From Oikopleura dioica (taxonomy: Eukaryota; Animalia; Chordata), in assembly GCA_907165135.1 (NCBI GenBank), contig OU015568.1, forward strand, positions 620,001-684,000: a stretch of DNA of 64,000 nt. The letters run 5' to 3'. Below, in pieces: positions 37,804 through 49,828 of the stretch; position 1 is the first letter of the stretch; each line of letters starts with the position of its first letter. Below the pieces are notes generated by a model. It made no database searches. It worked only from the letters and a program-made list of their open reading frames with translations, and was not told where the DNA came from. The translations under genes were made by a program, and so were the position numbers.

Positions 37804-38140
37804 AGACTAAGACTAAGACTAAGACTAAGAATAAGACTAAGACTAAGACTAAGACTGAGACTAAAACTAAGACTAAGACTAAGACTAAGACTAAGACTAA
37901 GACTAAGACTAAGACTAAGACTAAGACTAAGACTAAGACTAAGACTAAGACTAAGACTCAGACTAAGACTAAGACTAAGACTAAGACTGAGACTAAGACT
38001 AAGACTCAGACTAAGACTAAGACTAAGACTAAGACTAAGACTAAGACCAAGACTAAGACTAAGACTAAGACTGAAACTAAGACTAAGACTTAGACTAAGA
38101 CTAAGATTAAGAATAAGATTTAGACTTAGCTTAGACTAAG
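37804..38140. repeat. (GACTAA)n / (TTAGTC)n hexamer microsatellite, about 55 units
   Basis: Read directly from the sequence. Confidence 0.97.
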
Positions 38141-38285
38141 ACCATGATGAAATCTGGGATCAGATAAATCTTCCAGAATCATCATTTTTCAGTCTTTTTA
38201 GATCTCGTTCCGAAATCAGATCATAAATCCTGTCTAAAACTGCTGCCCTCAATACCAAGCTAGTCCATCTTTCTCAGAACCCCGA

Positions 38286-40436
38286 TCAAATCGTATTATG
38301 GACACAAATTACAGGAAGTCCAGCTCTTTCCCGACTTCCGGGACGTTCGTTTTCTTTACAAGTAAAAACGCGTCGAGTTCAAAAAGGCTCCTTATTTGAT
38401 CAAAAAGCTTCGCGTACCTGTTTTGTACAAATGGCGCGCGATGCCAAGCATAATGTCATCGAATGTTTCTGGATAAACGCGCACGAGGTCAGTCTCGTTC
38501 GTGCTCGCGTTGACGACCACATTCTTATACACCAGCTCCTCCTTGTGGAGGTAAAAGTCGAACTTGGCAGATTTCGTAAGTTCCTGCTCAGACTCGTGGG
38601 CAAACGATGTTTTTGCATTTTTGACGAAACCGCCGAAGGGTTTGTATTCGGGGTCAGCGACTTTTGATGGGAATAAACAACGGTTTCTCTCCTCAATTGA
38701 CAGTTGAAAACCCCCTTGACTGGTCCTCATAAACCTGAGCCAAGCTCTGAGAAGATTAAATGAAAAGCCGCGTAGCGGCTTTTCAAAACGAAGCCGCGGG
38801 CGGCTTCGCAACATTTTCTCTTCAGCCTTTCAAGAAAAATTCTGGCGAAGCCGCTTTGCGGCTTCGTTTAGTAAAAGCCGCTGCGCGGCTTTCCTTCTGA
38901 GTTCTTCTGAACCCCCTCTGATTTTTCAACCCTCTTTCTTTTCATTCCGTTCCTGAGTGAGGTCGATTGAGTCCCAAATAACCACGTTTTCTAAATCTCT
39001 TCCTCTTTCACAAAGCTTTATCAAGTGTTGTTTTCCACCTGTCGCATCTTGAATTTCGTCATAAATTAGGGTCCCCTTCAAGATAACTAAAAAACCTGTC
39101 GCGAATTATGCATAACGGTGTTTTTTCAGATGATAAAGCTTTTCCTCGAAATTTCCGATTGGCGGCATTTCTGGCGGCGATTCGGGGCAGGAATTGACGG
39201 ATGGGCACGAGCCTTGGATCATCAGAGGGCACAGTCCAACCTTGAGAGTAAAAATAAGGGTCTAGAGGCCGCTAGAAACCGTACCTTGCAGACATATCGG
39301 ATATTGCTCTGATCGAATCCTCCTGGCACTCCGGAAAACTGTTCAACCCGTTGAAAAAAATACGGAAAAATGTTTTTTTTCTCGTGAATAAGTGCCTGAG
39401 ATTAGTGTTAATTCAAACCGAGAGAAAACAAAAATAAACCTTTTACAACTAAAAAGTGTGATCCGCGATTACACTCGATCAAAAACAAAAACAGAATTAA
39501 AATAATAAAAACGGAAAAATCGAGTTCCTGCTTTTACGAAAATAAGCAGAAATCGAAACCAATGACGACTGTGTTTTTTTTATTTTTCAAACGGGGGTCC
39601 CTTAAACTGCCGAAACGAAATTCTAGAAACGCCTTGAGTAACCATCGGGCTGTGGCGGGCGACGTCGATTTTCTTGTCCGCGCAGGTATTGTACATCATC
39701 TTGTAAATCGGACCATAGCGGCTCTGAAAGAGTTTACAAGGGGTTATATAAAAATGAACAATCGAAATTGCTCTAATATATAACGAGCTGTAATCTTCAA
39801 AGCACTTTTATCATCTTTTTTTATCGAATCATTATGTCAAAGAAAAGTAGAAATTAGACGATTTGAGGCTATTTCCAGCTTTGATATCAAAATTAGCCGT
39901 TATTTTTAAACAGGAACTAAATCAGAAAATCTGAGTCAGGTATTCAAAGAGTTAAAACAAAAAGCCGCGCAGCGGCTTTCTCATAAACGAAGCCGCGGAG
40001 CGGCTTTGCTGAATAACCTCTCCACTCAATTTTCTTATCCTCGCGAAGGCGCTTCGCGGCTTTGTTTATGAAAAAGCCGCTACGCGGCTTTTCGTTTAAG
40101 CTCTTTCAAACCCTGACTCAGGTTTTCTCCACAGGTAACTGAAGCAACATTTGGGTCACTTATATTTCAAAGCAGAAATATTTGAAACATCTTAATTCTG
40201 CAGAAAAAAAGTGTTTCTATAGCAAATTGGCGAGTAATGCAAGTTGCAGGTGATGATGTAAGAAAAGAATGTCTTTGGCTTGGAGAATGGCCGTCTAAGC
40301 GTTGCAATTTAATCCGGGTTGCGAAAGTACCTGAGCGATGCAGTGTGTCACGCGGTAAGCCATTCCAGGTGGGAGCGGCGGGATGCGAACTGTGTGAGAC
40401 ACGCGGCGACCGGCGTCGGGGTGCAGCTCGATTGCT
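38286..40436 (-). CDS. Multi-exon hypothetical protein, possibly glycosyltransferase-like; 5' end not found
   Basis: Coding-like exons AIELHPDAGRRVSHTVRIPP..., LIYDEIQDATGG...VVIWDSIDL and AWLRFMRTS...YPETFDDIMLGIARHL. The family assignment is weak. Confidence 0.4.
39926..40135. mobile_element. Representative copy of a dispersed foldback family (CCTGAGTCAGG ends, internal AAGCCGC-N3-GCGGCTT palindromes)
   Basis: Terminal AAAATCTGAGTCAGG / CCTGACTCAGGTTTT and four internal mini-palindromes. Confidence 0.75.
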
Positions 40437-41164
40437 AAAGAAGTAAATATTTTTTGATATTCCCAATTCTTCGGATGCTTCTTCGATTCCTTTGAAATAG
40501 AAATCCCCAAGGAATAATTCAAGAAAATATTTGTGGTTCTTTTTGAGTCGGTTACCAAACTTGGCTCGGCAACCTGTGTAGAAAACCTGACTCAGGGTCG
40601 AGAATAAACTCAGGCAATCAGAATAGAAACCTGAGTCAGGATCTTGAAGAATTTCAACTGAAAGCTCTTTCAATATCCTGACTCAGGTTTCTTGATTGAT
40701 TGTTTTGGTTCTTTCAGAACCCTGAGTCAGGTTTTCTACACAACTTACCGAGCCAGGTCCCTAGGGTTTGTTTTTCTAACGCCCTTTTCTCCTAAAAATC
40801 CCACTATCACTCCATTATCATCACTTTCCGCCCCTCAGAATTTCGGAAAAGATACGTAATTTCCCTAAAGAAGACTTCCCCCTATCACTCAATTTCCCTG
40901 TTGCTACCAAAACAGCTCCCAGCCACGTTTAGCATCTGACTCGATGCCTTTCGTTTTCCCTGTTGTTGGACGCTTTATCGCGCGTTTTTGTGGTGCCGGT
41001 TTTGACCGCTTGCTGAAATTGCTTGAATTGCGGTTTTTTGATTCTGACCAAAGAAATTTAATGATTTCGAAATGATGGACAAATTGAATCATGTTTTTGC
41101 TTTTAGAAATTATCGCTTCTATGACACAAGCGACAGCAAAAACAGTTCATATGAACCGTTCATC

Positions 41165-41315
41165 TGAGCTCGGCAATCTGTGTAGAAAACCTGAGTCAGG
41201 GTCCGAAAAGGCGGCTTTTGATAGTTTTAGTGGCAAAGCCGCTTCGCGGCTTCGTTTTTTGAAAAGCCGCTCTGCAGCTTTTTCAGAACCCTGACTCAGG
41301 TTTTCAACACAGGTT
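41165..41315. mobile_element. Copy of the CCTGAGTCAGG / AAGCCGC family
   Basis: GCAATCTGTGTAGAAAACCTGAGTCAGGG ... CCCTGACTCAGGTTTTCAACACAGG. Confidence 0.75.
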
Positions 41316-41833
41316 CCTGAGTCAAGAAATCAACCTTAATCAACAAGGATCCTCACGTTTTAGGACCCTAAAAATCGCTAGAAAGCAATTCGAAAACAAG
41401 TTGAGGTCAGCTTAATTAAATGCAAATGCTCTGTAATCAGCACGTGCTTTGCGTCGCCCGGAATCCATTCAAATGCTCATTTGCCGAATGTTCTTGCATC
41501 AAACTAGTGTCCGATTTCAGATTCAATTTTTAACAAAATTCGGAAAAATGGACCCAAAAGTTTTTTTTGGCCGAACTTTTACTGTTGTAAAAATTTACCT
41601 TCGAGGCTTCTTTTTTTTGCTAACTGTATGTTCAATTTAAAGTTGCTTGAAAAATAGACAGAAAAAGAGAAAGCGCTACCATTATTTGATAAGCATTCGT
41701 AACCGCGTTTGGTTTACCCTGTCGAGTGGCTAGAAACTAAACATTCAAGTGTATGTTTTCTCCTTCGATTCCCGCGAACGAGCTCGAGAATCATAATATT
41801 AAGGGTGTCTCCAGCAAGAAAGTCGAAAGAGAA

Positions 41834-43491
41834 CTAGAACGAACCTGGCTGTGGCGGCATTCGCGGATCGGGCGTGAACCCTAGCGACTTGAAATATTCA
41901 TCTTTCATGGTTGACAGATTTTCGGAATAATCTTCATCGGCCGTCTGAAAATTCTGTTTTGAGAGAAATATGGATTGAATTTTTAATCCTCTTGCGGGTA
42001 TTTTGAACTTTTAAAAACCACGTTTTCCCAGAAATATGGTCAATTACTGAATCTAATTAAAATTATTCACGTTAAAAAATAAGGGTCAGGAAAGCCCTTG
42101 AATTTGATGTTGAGATATGATAGAGTTGAGGTTAGGGTAAGGGTTAAGGATTTAATTTTGTGTGTGTTTTATTGATTTTTTTCTGATTTCTGATTGGTCA
42201 ACTGGTCGAATGCGGACATCTGATTGTTTAAAAATTCGACAAATTCTGTAGTTTTTGGCCTCCCCATTTATCAGGCCTAAAAAAAGAATCAAACTAGAAT
42301 TTTCGTTCGCAGCTGCTTTAGTAATTTCCTTTTTCGGGCGAAAGTTGTTAAGCGAAAATTTTCGCTGATCTTTTAGGAAATCCTCCGGATAATCAAATTT
42401 CGGCAAACTCGTTTTTCCCCGCTCAACCAATTATTCACATTCTTCTCCGTTCATATTTTTTTCGCAATAGAAAAAAATAAAAAAAAAATAGTTTTTTAGA
42501 TAAAAATTGTCGAAAGTTTTTTCTTTCTAAAACACAATAAAAACCACCAAATGGTTTTTTCAGCGCCACAAAGAAATTTCCATCTCCTCAAAAACGTTGT
42601 CCCTTGTCAGATAAAATAAAAGCCAGATAAGAAGATGGTTTCTTTTGGTTGAGCAGAAGCTTTTTCGAATTGAGATGAAGCTATTCATGAGCATATAATA
42701 TTTGGCGTTTGGCGAGCGTGGCCTGACAAATAAAAGGACAGCCAGGCGTTGTTTTGAGAAACGTGCGCCGAGTTGCACTTAGTGGCTTTTCAATGCGAAT
42801 AAATTAGCCGCCAGTTTGGCAACTGAGTTGTTGAACTTGGGGGACAAAATGTTGCGTTTGAAATTCTAACAAGCTTTTTTCCGGGGGCGCTCGGTTAGAT
42901 TACCAAAAATTTTTGGTATTTGAATACCAAAATTCGTATTTGAATACCAATTGGTAATCTAACCGAGCGTCTCCCCTCTTTTCGGACAGATTTACTCGAA
43001 ACAGAATAATAATTGATGGATAAAGAAGGTTTAAAGGTAAACAAAAATAAAAGACGAACAAGGTTACACTTGAAAAGGTTTCAGGTTGAACAGGGGCAAT
43101 ATTTTCAAGATACTTTCTTAAATTGGGGAGGTGTCAGAGACCGACAAAAAAATTCCGAAAAATTTTCGACCAATCAGAAGCCTGGATCCGGGAGACAGGC
43201 TAATAAGCGGCTGATAAGCCGCCCACGCAAAATTTTTCGAAATTTTTTGTCGGTTCCTGACGCCACCCCTAAATTCATTATCAAAGTTCATGTCTTCCCC
43301 CCTGTTGTGCCTGCATTTTCTCTTACCAAGAAATCATTGTGCTCGATCCATAGTCCCGCATAATCGTTCCAGTTATCTTCTCTGAAAAACTCTTCGGCGG
43401 CGGCGAATTCATTAGACTCGATGTAGCGCGTATTCGAAAACTGAGCCGGAAGCAGCTTCGCGAAAGCAAGAATCAGCTTTAATCTGATCAT
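41834..43491 (-). CDS. Putative secreted hypothetical protein; middle exons unresolved
   Basis: Signal-like MIRLKLILAFAKLLPA with a GTAAG donor near 43326; terminal exon TADEDYSENLSTMKDEYFKSLGFTPDPRMPPQPGSF*. Confidence 0.4.
43127..43270. mobile_element. About 150-bp MITE family containing CCAATCAG; other copies near 57700-57838 and 60718-60870
   Basis: GGAGGTGTCAG..CGACAAAAAAATT ... AATTTTTTGTCGGTTCCTGACGCCACCCC; the three copies align. Confidence 0.7.
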
Positions 43492-44059
43492 GTTTTTCTC
43501 TGTTTGAGAAAAATTGGGATGAGGATTGATTTAACGTGGAGAAGCGCTGGGAAACGATTTGTTTAGAGAGAGATATCCGACGTGGGGAGGGTTGAGGTGG
43601 ACTTTGAGGGCAGCAGGTTTACGGGAAGATATGTTAAAATGATGATTCATTGTAGTTTTCAAAAAGAATTAGTTTTTAAACGAGAATCTTTGACATTAAT
43701 TCAGTAAGATAAAAAAGAGATGAATATAAAATAAAATTTGATGTTAAATTTTGATGACTTAATAACAGCTGAAAAAATTTCTAGCACCATAAATCTTTAA
43801 AGGAATTGGCAAAGCCAAATTTTAAAAATTTTGGACCTTTGATCATATACTTTTATTCCTGTGAATAAATGGATATAAATTTTTAGTGATAATCATCATA
43901 TATGTATGTTCATTTCTGAAAAAAGAATCATAAAAAGTAAACTTTCACTGTTATTGAGATCTACCGAGTCAATGCTCATGCTCTCAAAATATCAACTCAA
44001 ATCCTTGTCAAACTTGTTATTTTCAAAATGCCATTATAGAAGGATCCCGTTAATAAAAG

Positions 44060-44242
44060 ATGTTTTTCGTGCTTTTGTTTCTTTTGAATATTCTAGCTGC
44101 TTTCCCACTCGAGAAAAAATCACAAATCGAAATCGAAGATGAAGAAAGGGCAAGCGAGTACATGTACGAACTCTACGACCAGCTGATCGTCGAGTTTGAG
44201 TACTTTGATTTTAGAACTGCGCCAAAACAGTTTATTCTTTGA
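44060..44242 (+). CDS. 60-aa putative secreted acidic peptide
   Basis: MFFVLLFLLNILAA signal-like segment, then FPLEKK and a Glu/Tyr-rich body. Confidence 0.5.
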   Translation: MFFVLLFLLNILAAFPLEKKSQIEIEDEERASEYMYELYDQLIVEFEYFDFRTAPKQFIL

Positions 44243-44464
44243 TCGAATAATAAAAAGAGTATTCAACAATAATATTGCTTTGTTCTTCAAAGAAGTGTAT
44301 TTTGCAAGCGAGGCTTAATTGATTGCAAAATAGTCTTGGTGTCAAAAAGAGAGTTGATAACAACAAAACAAGGATAAAAATACAATGTTCAACAATTTTC
44401 AGAGCAGAATTGAACTCAATTAATATATTTGCTTTGCCTTTTTATGGTGCGAAAATCTGGACTT

Positions 44465-44570
44465 GGCAACCTGTGTAGAAAACCTGAGTCAGGGCCTGAG
44501 AGATGTCAAATGATAAGCAGCTACGCGGCAGTTATAAAAAATATTTCAGATCCTGACTCAGGTTTTCTAC
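44465..44570. mobile_element. Short copy of the CCTGAGTCAGG family
   Basis: GGCAACCTGTGTAGAAAACCTGAGTCAGGG ... CCTGACTCAGGTTTTCTAC. Confidence 0.7.
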
Positions 44571-45858
44571 GTTGGTTTTTTTATTCTTTTATTTTCATGA
44601 TCATTTTTGATGAATCTTACTAAGAATGGAGCAAATTCTCGTCTTATTGTAAAATAAGATTTTATCTTTGCTGGCCCCAGAATAACTTTCGACACTTGGA
44701 AGATTAAAAATTGAGAAAGAAACATGTGTCTGTCTCCAACTTCCCACTCATTTATTCATTTAACTACTTGTATATAAATCGTCCAAAGTGGCCTTCAAAT
44801 CGACGAAAAGAAAAATAATATATTTTTTAAAATGAGACTCTGCTTCTTTGCTGGACTCTTTTTCGCTCTTTCAGAAGGTAAAAGAAGGGGGTATATTTAT
44901 GAAGAAAGAAAAAAGATAAGACATTTTTTTCGATGCTCAGCCAAGTGTCAAAGAAAACTACTTATGTCTCTAAAGTGAACCGGTTCTCACCGCGATAAAC
45001 AAATTGGCACCTTTGTTGTGACCACAAGTGCCAGTCCGCGGATACAGCTGGCTCAGATGCCATTACATAACACTTTTCTTCTAAGCGCTCGTAAAGAAAG
45101 AAAACAGGGAACGCCTGCTGCGGTAAACACTCGAGTAGGAACATACCGTAGTATTAGTTCAAACAAGCGTCATTTTTTTCAAGAAGATTATTTTATTTTT
45201 TTTTAGAAATTTAATTTGAAATCTCTAAAGAATTGAATTTTAATTTAAATAATATAATAAAAAATTATATAATATTATTAAAATTATTTATAATTATTTC
45301 TAAAATCATAAAATTATTTAATAAAAAAATTTTTTAATTGATGAATTGTTAAATTTAAAATATTTTTTTTTAATCTTTTAAAAATCTTATTAATTGAATT
45401 TATATTATATTCTTTAAAAAATTCTTTTTTAAATTTATAATTTTATTTTATTTTGTTAATGTTTTTTTTTTCGAATGTCAATTTGACTGAACTCTAATTT
45501 CGCGTCGAAAAACGTAAAACAAACCAACAAGTAGCAAATTGCTGCCAACTTCTATCAAGATAAATGCTCTCGTTACTTAGCTGAGAAAACCAGCAGCCGC
45601 GTACCAAAATTGCATAATCTTCGGTGTCAAAAAATGCCAAACCGGTGGTCGCGCCAACGAACACTTTAAATTGCCACTTGAGCTATTTTTTTATTTGAAA
45701 CATTAAAATTGAAATAATTGGCCTAATTGGATAGAAGGCGCTTTCGCTTTCCGGTGCTTCGCGGATGAAACAGGTTTTTGAAAATCGTGTTAAACTCGAG
45801 ATAATATAGTAATAACGCAGCAGGGTATATGAAAAACATGGAACAAGATGGTAAGTAG

Positions 45859-46162
45859 CAGGGTTCGGTAATTTGAGCTCACGCTAAAACTCAAGGAAAC
45901 AAAGCTTGAGACTCACGTTTTTTAATTTGAGTTTTGAGAACTCAGAGATGAGAGCTCGCGACTCTGGCAATCCATGAGCCAATCAAGGAAGCGCTCGCTT
46001 AATTTGAGTTTTGAAAACTCAAAACTCTCAAATCTCCCAAAAACTCAAAACTCTCAAATCTTCTCAAAATGATTTCTCAAGTCACTTTGAGTTCTCAATT
46101 TGAGGAAATTTGAGCGTCTAGCCAAAATGAGTTTTAGCTTGAGCTCAAATTACCGAACCCTG
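45859..46162. mobile_element. hAT-type MITE, 304 bp
   Basis: TIR CAGGGTTCGGTAATTTGAGCTCA; perfect 8-bp TSD GTAAGTAG at 45851-45858 and 46163-46170. Confidence 0.92.
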
Positions 46163-47689
46163 GTAAGTAGGGAACAAAGGGCAGAACGGTTTCGAGTGAA
46201 AACTTGCTGGCGCAACATTATTTCGAAGGAAAGCTGAATTTGAGTTTTAACAGCATCAAAATGTTATGGCGTTAATACTTCTTGAGCACTTTGAATAAAA
46301 CTAAAATTTAAGTCGAAAAAAAATCAAGAAAATCGGCAAAAACTTATGCTTTTTTCTAATTTTGATTTTAAGTTTTTAAAAATTATCTTTTTTTATAAGT
46401 TTCAAAATAGGTATTTTTTTCTGACTCAAAAAGCTCCAATGACTTTTGCCTGTGTTTATCGTGAACCCTCTTTTTCAGAGAATTAAATCATGTTTTGGTC
46501 TTCTTGAGAACTCTTGAAGCTCTTGAAATGTATGTTAATCACATTTCAACGGCACTTCTCCACGTGATTATTTTCACGAAACCGCGTTCTAGCGTAAAAT
46601 CTGTCGAAAACACTCACGTACGGTAGTAATCTGCGCCCCTTTCTCGGATTACGCAACCACATCAAGCTGAAGAGGTCTCAATCTTTATTCCCACTGGGGA
46701 GGGTCTTAGCCCTGGCCAGCCGTGGCGATAAGAAATGTAACGTTTTTCCCGATAAAATTTATCCCGTTCACGCAGACAAACTCTTTTCTAGGTGGAATTT
46801 TGAGAACAGAATCACCAAACCGACATTTCCGACGAAGCAAATTTCAACAAAGATCTCCTGGAGATGATATTTTTGACATCAGGAAAACGGGTTTTGAGGA
46901 TTAATATACAGAATCGAGAAAATTTCAGAACAACAAATAGTTCAAAATAAGTTTGAAGAAAATTTTTAAGTAAAATATTATTGATTTTAAGAAATGCCAC
47001 TGAAAATTTGTTAATTAGAAAGAAAATATTTTTATTTCAAATAAATTCTGGTTTTATATTTTATTTTATAGAATTTATTTTTTTATCAAAAAGATAAGAA
47101 TAATTCAAATTCATTGAAAAATATATTAATTTATTCATTTTATTAAAAAATTTGAATATTTAAATTCATATTCAAATTAAATTTTTTCACAATAATTTTA
47201 TTTTATTAATATGATTCAAAAAATTTGAGCGGAAAATGTTATTCTTCTTATTTTGAGTTATTTTCTTTCGTATTTTTTAATCAAAAATAAAATTCTTCTT
47301 TTTCCAATTCTTTCATTTCTTTTTCTTTGCAATTGAAGCTAGTCATTTTCTGCGCAGGACCGAGAGCGTGAGAGGCTAATCAGCGATCAAAAACGTTTGC
47401 CCAAATCGCTTCTAAGTCGAATTAAAATCGGAACCCAAAACCCAACTCAAAGCCTGTGGGATCCGAGTCAAGCCATCAACTTTGACAGTTTGTATCAATA
47501 AGTTCTAAACATCAATAAACTCGCCGCGAAGGCTCTCGCATTTCGACTCATGTTCGCTTTCTTTTATTTTTCTTTTATTTGTAAAACTGGTATTACTGAA
47601 ATCATTGGTAATCAAAACAATTTTCGCAGAAAGATAATCAAAATTGTTATACGAGTTCTTTTTTCAAGGATTAGTTGAGTGAAAAGTTT

Positions 47690-47998
47690 CTACCATGACA
47701 CCTATACATATCTGTGTATTTGCGTAGTTTCAAATTTTCTTCTTCAAGTTTTCGGCATTTTTCTGCAAATTCTCTGTTTGCTTCGCTATACTTTCTTTCC
47801 TGTTCTTCCCAAAATTTTTCATGTTCTTCTCTTAGTTTGGTCATTTTTTCTTCGTGTTCTTTTGTCGCTTCTATATATTTAGTCAGTCAGGAATGATTAT
47901 TACGGTACTTTCTTTTCTCTTCATTTAGAAATTTTGTCTCATCTCTTCTTAGTTCTTCTTCCATTTCTTTTATTTTTGTCGTTTAGGGTAAGAGCCAT
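47690..47998 (-). CDS. Short coiled-coil (E/K/R-rich) hypothetical protein; 3' end uncertain
   Basis: MALTLNDKNKEMEEELRRDE... and ATKEHEEKMTKLREEHEKFWEEQERKY... Confidence 0.45.
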
Positions 47999-48240
47999 GA
48001 AGAGACATTAAATCTGAGACAAATTTTGCGCTTATTTTAATTGGGCCGCTGATTGAAAATTTACATGAATTGTCTAATCGCAATATATAATATATATTTG
48101 TCGCTTCATGACGCCACCCTGTTGCTCATGATATACTGATGTGAAATAATCTGCCATAAACTCACCATAACTGCACCATTTATCTCTATCTTTTCTAAAT
48201 TTTCTCAATCTTAATTGTTTTTATAGAATAATGGATAGAC

Positions 48241-48675
48241 TCAAAACCTTTCTGAGAACTTTCTGCGAGAAAATGTTATCGCATCAACAATAATGGTGAT
48301 AACAGTAGAGCCTTCTTCTTCGATAATAATACTTTCATTATATTCGCTGAGAATCCACTGTGTAAGGTTACCAGCAAGGACAGAATCAAAATCTCCAGGA
48401 AATCGTAGTCTAATAGCAAGAACAAGCCCATGATGAAAAATTCGCTGGGCATTCTGCAAATTGATCACTCGACGAAGGAGACCCGGAATCGAATTTCGGA
48501 TAGTTGACTCATTAATATTTTGCAAATTATCTGATATAGAATTTACGATAATACGTGCTTCTTCACTTAGATGATCATCGTTTATGGCGAGTTTAATCTT
48601 CCGAACAATGGAGCGGTGTGAAGAACCCTTCTCCACCAGTACCACAAAATTCTCAGAAAAAAAAGAATCGGTCAT
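48241..48675 (-). CDS. Intronless hypothetical protein, 144 aa
   Basis: Uninterrupted ATG-to-stop ORF with globular-like composition in AT-rich DNA. Confidence 0.5.
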   Translation of the reverse strand: MTDSFFSENFVVLVEKGSSHRSIVRKIKLAINDDHLSEEARIIVNSISDNLQNINESTIRNSIPGLLRRVINLQNAQRIFHHGLVLAIRLRFPGDFDSVLAGNLTQWILSEYNESIIIEEEGSTVITIIVDAITFSRRKFSERF

Positions 48676-49828
48676 CTTTATTTCTTCGATTTATTAAAAT
48701 CAATATCTAGGCAATGTCATGAAAAATGATTTTCTTTCACCAATCATTAACCAATCTGTGCTTGCGTATTACTTTTCTATCGAAAGCTACGCAAATGTTT
48801 TAACATTTGATAGGCAATGTTTGCATTCAACTTCTTTTTTTTTAATTGCAAATACCATGCCTTCTTGGCCAAATATTCAATGGGAAAGCAAAAAGAAGCC
48901 ACGTGTGCTTATCTTCGGGAAAACGTTGAACGTGTAAGTGGAACACATCTTGGCCACAATCTCGACGGGCGCACAACCACGTGGCTGTTTCCGGAACACA
49001 AATTTCAGCGCTGATAACACCCGCCAAATGAATAAGTCATGTTTCGGAAAACCTTTATCTCATAGGCGACGTGCGAACCTTATCTCACAGATTCAATTTT
49101 TCCAGCTCAATTTGACTCAAAATAACTTTTGTTGAAATAAGGGAGTGACATCTAGGGAGTTCATCTATTTTCGAACAGAACAAAATTTCGGCTCATTTTT
49201 TCGTTTCGCTTCTTTTCTAATTGACACATGTAAAACCCCATTTTCCGCCTCCTGCATAATACAAAATTCTAGCCTTGCTCATGATTCTCCATGTTGGAGG
49301 TTGAATACACGCTCGTTTATTCAACAGAACCAACCGATCACATGGAATTTGCGTGGAAGGAAATGATGTTTGGAATTTGCAATTTCGGTCATTGAACAAT
49401 TTTAGACTTCTTGGCCCAATCAGAAAAAAAGCTGCATTCGCGACTTTTGACCCATCTATGTAAAAGGGGGTCAACTCATAAAATGCTTTTTTATGTTAAA
49501 TTTAACAAAGTGATACCCTTATTTTATCCCGTTTTCAACTTAACCATCCCTAAATCGGGAGATTATATTTTATAAATGAGAAAAATCATTTTCGTAAAAA
49601 AAGATTCTAGCGTCAATTTCAGCGTAAAAACTTGAGTGAATCAATCAAAATGATAAAAAGTCAAAGCTATTTCCCTCGGAATGCTGCAAAACGGAAACAC
49701 CTTCCGCACTTTGGAAACCACTAAAATGCTATATAAACTATTTTATCAAACAAATTACGAAACGAAAGTTTTCTCGTAAATATATTGTTTCAATTTAACC
49801 ACGAATGCCGGGATTCTACGGTCAGGAT

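Noticed and set aside
40300-40435. Structured ncRNA or ribozyme (GC-rich, GAAA-capped hairpin)
   Set aside because: No complete hammerhead, SRP or RNase P consensus; the region is better explained as a minus-strand exon and short intron.
44832-45150. Secreted Cys-rich gene (MRLCFFAGLFFALSE, CCDHKC, NACCGK)
   Set aside because: No frame runs through without several stops; at most a decayed remnant.
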